Origin: Octopus vulgaris
Lineage: Eukaryota
Direction of reading: 5' to 3'
DNA: 64,000 bases
Assembly: GCA_951406725.2 (NCBI GenBank)
Contig: OX597824.1
Location: forward strand, 97,588,001 to 97,652,000
The notes beneath the pieces were generated by a model. That model was not told where the DNA came from and did no database searches. It saw nothing but the letters and a program-made list of their open reading frames with translations. A program made the translations under genes and the position numbers. This document shows, one piece after another, positions 54,495 through 64,000 of the stretch. Position 1 is the stretch's first letter. Every line of letters begins with the position of its first letter.

Positions 54495-54865
54495 ATCATT
54501 ATCATTATCCCCATCGCCATCTTCATCATCATCATCGTCATCTTGAGCGTTGTCTTCAGCATCAAAGTAAATAACATATTCATGATCAGCATCATCATTG
54601 TCGTCGTCATCATCTTCATCGTTCTCTTCGACAGCATCATAATCATCACCGTTGCTGTTATCATCATCAGCAACAGCAACTTCATCATCAGCAGCAGCAG
54701 CAATTTCATCATCATCAGCAGCAGCAGCAGCAATTTCATCATCACCTTCATCATCATCAGCAATTTCATCACCCTCATCAATATCATCATCACCATCATC
54801 ATCAGCAATTTCCTCATCATCATCACCCACAGCAATTTCCTCCTCCTCCTCATCATCATCATCAT
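54495..54865. repeat. Degenerate (CAT)n/(CAG)n repeat with recurring GCAATTTCATCA unit
   Basis: Seen directly. Confidence 0.85.
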
Positions 54866-55250
54866 TAACAGGTATAATATATTCATGCGTTCGCGCTGAG
54901 ACGGATATCTAAATACTATTCTATAAGCTAAGCTGTTAATGTCCGTGGCGTGAGATTGGTCGCTGTTGGTGCGGAGTAAATGGGAATGGATTGGCAATGA
55001 TTCACCAATAGGTTGCGGTGAATTCATGAATGCATTAGCTGAGCAAACTGTGTTGCGTTCGACGATGAGATTCATGCAAATCTACCGAAGATTACCGAAA
55101 TATTAACATCTCACTAATAAATCTATTGACACAAATCACACAGATGCGGAGAGGTGGAGAGTGTCTGCTCAGAGTTGTACGTGTCTGTGTGTATGAATAC
55201 ATACATGTGTGTGTGTGTTTGTGTAGGCGTATGTGTGTATGTTTATCTAC

Positions 55251-55251
<1 letters not shown>

Positions 55252-55297
<46 letters not shown>

Positions 55298-56062
55298 CGT
55301 ATACATACATACGTATATATACATATATGTACATATACAAATATATATACATATATATATACATACATAGATATATATACATACATATACATATATATAT
55401 ACATACATATACATATATATATACATACATATACATACATATACACATACATATACATACATATACACATACATATACATATATATATATACATACATAT
55501 ACATACATATACATATACATATATATACATATATATATACATACATATACATATATATATATATACATACATATACATACATATACATATACATATATAT
55601 ATATACATATACATACATATACAGATACATATACATATATATATATATACATATACATACATATACAGATACATATACATATATATATATACATACATAT
55701 ACATATATATATAGATACATATACATATATATATACATATACATACATATATATATACATATACATACATATATATATATACATATACATACATATATAT
55801 ATACATATACATACATATATATATACATATACATACATACATATATATATATATACATACACATATATATATATACATAAGAATACATATATATATATAT
55901 ATATATACATATACGTACATACATATATATACATATATACATATACATACATATATATACATACATACATATACATATGTATGTATATACATACATATAC
56001 ATATATATATACATACATATGTACATATACATACATATATATATATACATACATATGTACAT

Positions 56063-56095
<33 letters not shown>

Positions 56096-56289
56096 CATAC
56101 ATATATAAATATACATATACATACATATATATATACGTATATACATACATACATATATACATACATATACATATATACGTATATACATACATACATATAC
56201 ATATATATATATACGTATATACATACATACATATATATGCATACATACATATACATGTATGTTTGTATAATATATACACATAGACACAC

Positions 56290-56349
<60 letters not shown>

Positions 56350-56350
56350 A
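55252..56350. repeat. (TA)/(TACA)n array of ~1.1 kb
   Basis: Seen directly. Confidence 0.95.
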
Positions 56351-56665
56351 TATACACATACATGTTTTCATAATGAATTTCTTATCAGTTTACTCACAAA
56401 CACACATGAATACAGATACACATGCGATAATACCCTTGCACATGCGCAGAATCCCCCACACCTACACACAAACAAACTGATAGACGAATCTAAGACGAAT
56501 CAATATGATAATATTCTAGTCTTCAGGATGTGAACCGCCGAGCTTGATGGGAAACGGAGAGCAAGCAGAATAAAATACACATCTCTCTCCACTCTATCCA
56601 ACATATTCATTTATTAATTATATAACATCGTGCTATGTACCATGTATCTTAATACACTTTACATC

Positions 56666-56706
<41 letters not shown>

Positions 56707-57119
56707 AGGAGGTGGTGCGTATGTATATATATACGCACACATATATATACATATACATATATATGTATATATATATATATGTATATATATGTATATATGT
56801 GTGTATTTATGTTTATATATATATGTGTGTGTGTGTGTATGTATTTGTACGTGTATATGTTTGTATATATGTGTGTGTGTGTATATGTACGTGTATATAT
56901 TTGTGTAAATATATACACCCGTACATATATTTATATGCGTGTCTATGTTTGTGAGTGTGTAGACAAATGATAGAAAGTGGAATAAACAACATTATTTCAA
57001 ATCACATTTTTTCGACACATTCTTTACGACTGTACATGTAAAAATGCACAAATATGTCGAAACAATTGTTGTGATTTTAAATAATGTCTAATTTCATTTT
57101 CTCTCATCCATCTATTTAT

Positions 57120-57430
57120 ATAAACTCTATGGATATCGTACGCTCAGACTATGACAATAATTTGGGGGTCAATATCCATGAGATTTTGCCAAACAGGCGG
57201 ATTGGATTAACCGGATTAGTGGAAAACTCCGTGTTCAATAGAACACATATCACAAAAGATTTTTTTTTCATGTGAATACTTAAAAGATAAATGTTATGGT
57301 ACGAAGCCATCAACGGACAACGACCTGCGGAAGCTCGTTGAATGCGAATGTTTGCACTCAAATAACGAACGAAATAGTTCCTGATCTTTGTGGCGCTTTT
57401 AGCAGTGGTGGTCATCAGTTTGAAAACGGG
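57120..57430 (+). mobile_element. Degenerate Tc1/mariner (rosa/DD41D-like) transposase C-terminus
   Basis: LPNRRIG..DFFFM*.YLKDKCYGTKPSTDNDLRK...GGHQFE resembles RWIGR..DFFLWGYLKDKVY..KP...G.QFE. Confidence 0.55.
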
Positions 57431-57596
57431 CGTTCATAAAAAAATAAATTATGTCAGAACCCTGGATTAAATTTTGAAACCGAAATATATTTTAATAAAC
57501 AATGAATGTATAATCATTCAATATGTATATACATCATTCGTGGACATGTGTATATATGAAATATATATGCATGTACACATATATACCTATATATAA

Positions 57597-58780
<1,184 letters not shown>

Positions 58781-59624
58781 GGTCACTTGTCATGCAAAAC
58801 ATAGCAGCTAAAAGTCTTTATCTACGCTACTCCATGCAAGAAAAACTAATGATTTATTGCCTAACGTTAGTCAAGAGATGCAATGATGAAAATTAATGTT
58901 GGATTAATCACGACAGAGAGAGTTTCTGCTCATAAATCATCTTGATCTGAACTGACACTAGTTAGATGAGAGCAACAAACAATGTTCAGGAATCTGACCC
59001 ACTCAAGAATACTTTAACTGGATCCCTCACCCTTTAAGGTTATATATATTCTCCGTCATCCAGCTAAATACAAGCACTTGGTCCTTGGGTGCCACGCAGG
59101 TTCAATTACTCTCGTTTATCAGTTCCTGTCTGTCACCCACCTCTCCATTGGCCGTCGCTATGTTTCAAGCATTTGGGTCAGGTTTAAGGAGGGTATTTCT
59201 TATTTGATTTCCTGCATCCACTTGAATCAACTGATGTTGAAATTTCCTTCTCTCCTCCTCCAACTCCTCTGGAAAGGCCTCACAATTTCACGAGTTCTGA
59301 CATTCTTTCTCTCACTAAACGATTAAATAACATTTTTGAAGTAACAACTAAATCTAACTAATCATGCGGCAGCATCTTAATAAATAAATTCTAAGGACAC
59401 CTCGAAAGATATAGTTTTAGAAGCGATGCATTTGAAAGGATGTGTATGTTAGTCACGAGTGGAATGGCTTTCCTTTGCTTGTAAGTATCTTTAAATAAGT
59501 CTAACCTGGAGCTAAGCAACGATGTTTTAGAATTTACTTGTGAAGGGAATATATTATAATCTGGCACCGAATAATCGATGTTTCCTCTTCACAATACAAG
59601 CAGCAATGCAATACGCACGCACAT

Positions 59625-59669
<45 letters not shown>

Positions 59670-60159
59670 CACACGCATGCACACACCGATAACGTTGTTG
59701 CTGCTGCTGTTGTTGTTTAACCCTAGATCAGCTCTGGCTCAAAACACATGTGATTAAGTGTCTTCCATCCATGACCATCTCGTCCTGTGACTGCATTATA
59801 CAATGTTTTCATCACTATCGTACTACAAGGTCCTCGTTCACATTACTATGTGATTGGTATCGATTCGTTTCAAAATTTAGTGATACCAAATTAAAAGTCA
59901 AATCTATTTAGAATTATATTACGATTCCAAAACCGGAATTATCAATGTCAGAGAAATATTTTTTGAAAACATTACATTTTTGTCCGATACAATGGCGAGA
60001 GAATGCTAATCCATCGTCTCTTTATAAGTCTATATTTAGTATTTCAAATTCATTGTTTGAAATTTCTAAATTGTAAAGATCGATATTTTGTATTTCAAAC
60101 TGACACGAGAATTGATTTCGACATTGGAGGGGGAGCCGGGGTATTGCGGACGAGTGTAT

Positions 60160-61108
60160 TTGAATTTCACTGGAGAACATGGCTTTTGTTGTCTGGTCTG
60201 AGACACATTTCTTCATAATTTGGTGATGCTGGTTTCAAACGTGAAATCCATTTTGCTGTATATACGTCAAGATTTTTCTCAAGACCAAATGCCTATTTTT
60301 CAATATTTTTAGAACCAGACGAGTATACTAGGTCAAAATTAACTTTTAATTTTAGCACTCAAACGAATTTATTTGTTTTGTGTCGTTTCATTTTTTGAGC
60401 AATCTCGAATTTACTCGCCTTGTTTTTAAAAAAATAAGTATTTTTTCATTTGATGGATTTGGCTATCTGGAATGCTTATCTTTTGTATAAGGCATCTTTG
60501 GAAACTTCAGCTTCTGCTATGAAACCGCAAAAATTTAGAATGCAAATAATCACCAAGATTATTGAAAAATATAGGACCTTATTGCCTCCCACGAAACCAG
60601 GAAGACCATCATCGATCCCACATCCAACAAGATTTGCCCCAGCTGGCCACTTTCCCATGGAAATACCACCAAGTGATAAGAAAGAGAACCCTACAAGACA
60701 GTGTGCAAAATGCGCAGAGAAGGGAGACGCTAAAGGAAGGAAGATTCGAAGAGAAATCAGATACCTGTGTGATGTCTGCAAGATAACTTTGTGTGTAACT
60801 CCTTGTTTTCAAAATTATCATTCTAAATAAACTGTCTCATTTAAAAAGAAATTTCCTTTCATTTAAAAGTAATACGTCTTATAAAAAATCGAAGACGGTG
60901 AAGTTATATGTATTTTTTCAATGTCCGAGTTAACTCGTTTAAATCCAAATGAGTAAAAGTAAATTTTAATTTCTATACGAAAAAACAATAAAGGAAACAA
61001 GATAAACTTTTTTTGTAATTAACAGTGTATATAATTAAAAAAGGAAATAAAAAAATATTCTCTGAAATGAAACGCCATGTCAAAATCATTGATCCATTAA
61101 GGGGTTAA
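60160..61108 (+). mobile_element. Internally deleted piggyBac; transposase C-terminus with Cys-rich domain at 60450-60830
   Basis: DLAIWNAYLLY, TRQCAKC...RYLCDVCKITLCVTPCFQNYH; right end AAGGGG|TTAA at 61105-61108; left boundary approximate. Confidence 0.8.
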
Positions 61109-61499
61109 ACAATTAAATATTAATAAACAACACAGTTCTGTGGTCCTTCACATCATGTCCCATATTTGTAGAATTTGTCAGAAAATATGCTCACGTTGTA
61201 TTTGGTTTAGTATAAATCAGATGAGACATGCAAATCAGATGAGAAATGTTTCGTTGAACCATTATGAAAATTGGTGTTTTTGAATGTGTCCTTAATGTTT
61301 TGATCGTGAGGTTACATAGCTCAAAGTCACATTTTTTCAAGCATGGTCAAAGGCCTGGAGAAAGAACTTCGTGCTCTGTATTCTGTTTATGGAACTTTGT
61401 CATCACAAATTGGCATTTACTTAATTTATATCTGTTGACAACTCTGAAAATGTTTTTCCCAAATGACAACTGACTTGAATGTATGTCTTGTATTTCAGA

Positions 61500-62460
61500 A
61501 ATATAACCGGTTGTGAGATGAGAAATGCAAAAACAGCCCTGATGTCTTTTATATTTGTGGATGTTGCACCTTACACCGGCAGCGAGACAAAATCAGGTTT
61601 TGCGAAGAACGCTTTCCTTACTTGGCAGGAACCTGGGTGATCAAGACAAAACCGGGCACCCCATATTGTGTGCAAAACATATGTTGAAACACTGAGACAA
61701 GGAATTTTTCAAACACTTTTGGCAGAAAGTTTCCAGCTTATTCTTGTGAGAAAATTAAGTTTGGTGTGGTTGATGGGCCACAGATTAAGTGGCTGTTGCA
61801 GGACGAGCAGTTTTGGGAAACCGACGTCTGGCACTGAAGAGAAGCATGGAAAGCTTTTGCAGAAGTTGTGCCTGGTTTCCTGGGGAAAATGATTTCAGCG
61901 ATTTATGAATAACTTATGCATGCCTTGTTAACCATTTTGGAGCACTCGGTTGCAGTATGAGTGTCAAAATGTATTTCCTGCACAGTCTTCGGGAATATTT
62001 CCTTGAGAGTCATAAGAGATGCGCAAGGAGAAAGATTCCTTCAAGACATCGAGACTATGGAGACTAGGTATCAAGGCAGGTGGAATACAAACCTGACTAC
62101 GACTGGTTTCTGCAAAGTGACTGTTGTGATGCAGGTTATTCACGAAAATAATAAAGAGAACCATTACTCCTTGAATAGGTGAAACTCCAGTTTGACAGAA
62201 ATATCTATCCTTAAGATGTGTAACTAAACGGTTTGTGCAATATATTTGATAAACAATGAAAAGTGTTATTTGGTTTGTGTTAGTCTCTTATTTCAGTATT
62301 GTATTTAATGACAAAATTGACAATTTTGGTAAAAAAAAAAAATGAATTTCTGATTAACAAAACACGGGATAGAAAATTCCTTATGGCATTTCTGAAGCCA
62401 GCACCATCAAATTAGATAAAATGCAAGATGAGTAAAACACCTTTGAAAATGCTATTTATT
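61500..62460 (+). mobile_element. Degenerate CMC Chapaev-3-like transposon
   Basis: CKNSPDVF..ICG, LGDQDK..APHIVCKT, MSVKMYFLHS, DAQGERFLQDIETMETRYQGRW match my recollection of Chapaev3 transposases. Confidence 0.7.
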
Positions 62461-63456
62461 CTAATACCTGAAAAAATTACTTAAAAGATCAGAGATATTG
62501 GTGAAATGCTGGAATAAGAAATTCTTCCAAGCTAACATTTATCTAAAGATGGAACCAAATCAAATTATAAAACGCTAATAATGATCTATCAAAACCTTAC
62601 AATTGAACTAATGTTTACATTCAAAATTTTCAAAACCACGCTGATTCCATCTCGCTGAGTTTTATGCATCACCTAGTATTAAAATTACCACATTCGATCT
62701 GAAAAAAGTTATGATTTCTTTTCACACTTCAGTGACAAGTAAATATGTATATTATGAATTGATACACTATATATTTGCTTGCGTGCATAGTTGTGTACAG
62801 AGAGAGAGAAAGGGAGAGAGAGAGAGAGAGAAAACAAATATAAGTTTTAACCAAATCAAGAGAAACAAATTCTAAACGCGAGTCTACTGGTGTTTGATCT
62901 GCTAAAAGTAGCAATCAAATACCATAGTATATTATATCGTCTTAAAACAAAGAAGGATATTAGATAACGCAGACCTAGATACAATATGCATAGAAATAAG
63001 CTGGAATGGTCACGGCTGGAGTGCATTAGAAGATAGGCTAACTCTTTCATGAGTGTCTTGAAGTCAAACAAAGATAGCAACAATATCGGAAAGCAACACC
63101 GGATAACTTCTCTTCGAATAGTTGCACCGACATCTTAATCCTAATAAACTAATGCTCTTTCTCAGTTTTATCCACCTCTAATCCAGCAGCTGCGAAGGTT
63201 ACACGGTCAATTAGGGAAATTCACACTTAACTCTTTACATTCTAGATCCAGTCAAAGCTCTTCACACGTTCTCTTTCTTTCTCTCTATCTCTTTCACACA
63301 CACACAAACGCTGCCTCTCTCTCTCTCTCACACACACACACACATACACATACAGATTCACAACGCAACCACACACACTATTTCTCTCTCCGTCTTTCTT
63401 TTCTTTCTCTGTCACACACTCACAAACGCAGAGCCCCACAGATTCACACACACATA

Positions 63457-63499
<43 letters not shown>

Positions 63500-63609
63500 A
63501 TTCACCCACGCCGACGCCCTCCATCTCTCTCTCTCTCTTGCTCCATCCTTTTAAATTAAATTTAAGCAACTCTCAAGGTCCCAAGATTTTTGGATGTTAG
63601 AGTTCTTAC

Positions 63610-63656
63610 TGTAGCAGCAGCAGCAGCAGTAGTAGTAGTAGCAGTAGTAGCAGTAA

Positions 63657-63700
<44 letters not shown>
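63610..63700. repeat. (CAG)n/(TAG)n microsatellite
   Basis: Seen directly; a similar array lies at ~9878-9943. Confidence 0.9.
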
Positions 63701-64000
63701 ATTTTCTGAATGGTTGTAATTTTGACTTTGGTTGATTTTCTTGACGTTCTTTCTTTTTGTTAGTTGTTATTGTTGTTGCTATCTCAGCTGTTTAGCCCCA
63801 GGTCAGCCCTCATCGAGCTGAATTGGGATCAAAAGGATCCAGCCTTTAACTCTGCGTCTTTTACCCTGACACAAAGTATCTTGGACTATGTTTATCAGTG
63901 AGTCTCTTTCTAAATGATTGCAGAACTCAATTTCAGAAAGATCTGGCTGTTAGTTCTAGCATGTCAAGAGATGTTTAAAAGGCTTCCTCGTTGAAACATT

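Noticed and set aside
54462-54830. Asp/Ala-rich acidic protein ORF
   Set aside because: Degenerate CAT/CAG repeat that is open in several frames on both strands; no splice or homology support

Overview
AT-rich eukaryotic DNA, most likely an intron or intergenic stretch of an octopus (coleoid cephalopod) genome. The taxon is inferred from the tRNA-derived SINE families and the extreme (TA)n/(GATA)n/(CA)n load. No complete protein-coding gene is supportable, and almost all long ORFs in the track are microsatellite translation artefacts. The window is a mosaic of simple repeats, five or more SINE families and LINE fragments (CR1 with an intact 3' ORF, RTE, R4/Dong, Tx1/L1, Penelope-like). It also holds DNA transposon relics (Tc1, mariner, pogo, piggyBac, Chapaev-3, MITEs). 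The most interesting signals not explained by ORFs are: (1) type I hammerhead ribozyme motifs, one with a complete catalytic core (2574-2666, minus) and an inverted head-to-head pair (36102-36403); (2) two long inverted repeats, 37764-39214 and 57597-58780; (3) a shared 3' tail between the dominant SINE and a Tx1-like LINE that abuts (GATA)n; (4) small frame-preserving candidate exons, one bracketed by a perfect 15-bp inverted repeat over both splice sites. All calls were made by eye and coordinates of degenerate elements are approximate.
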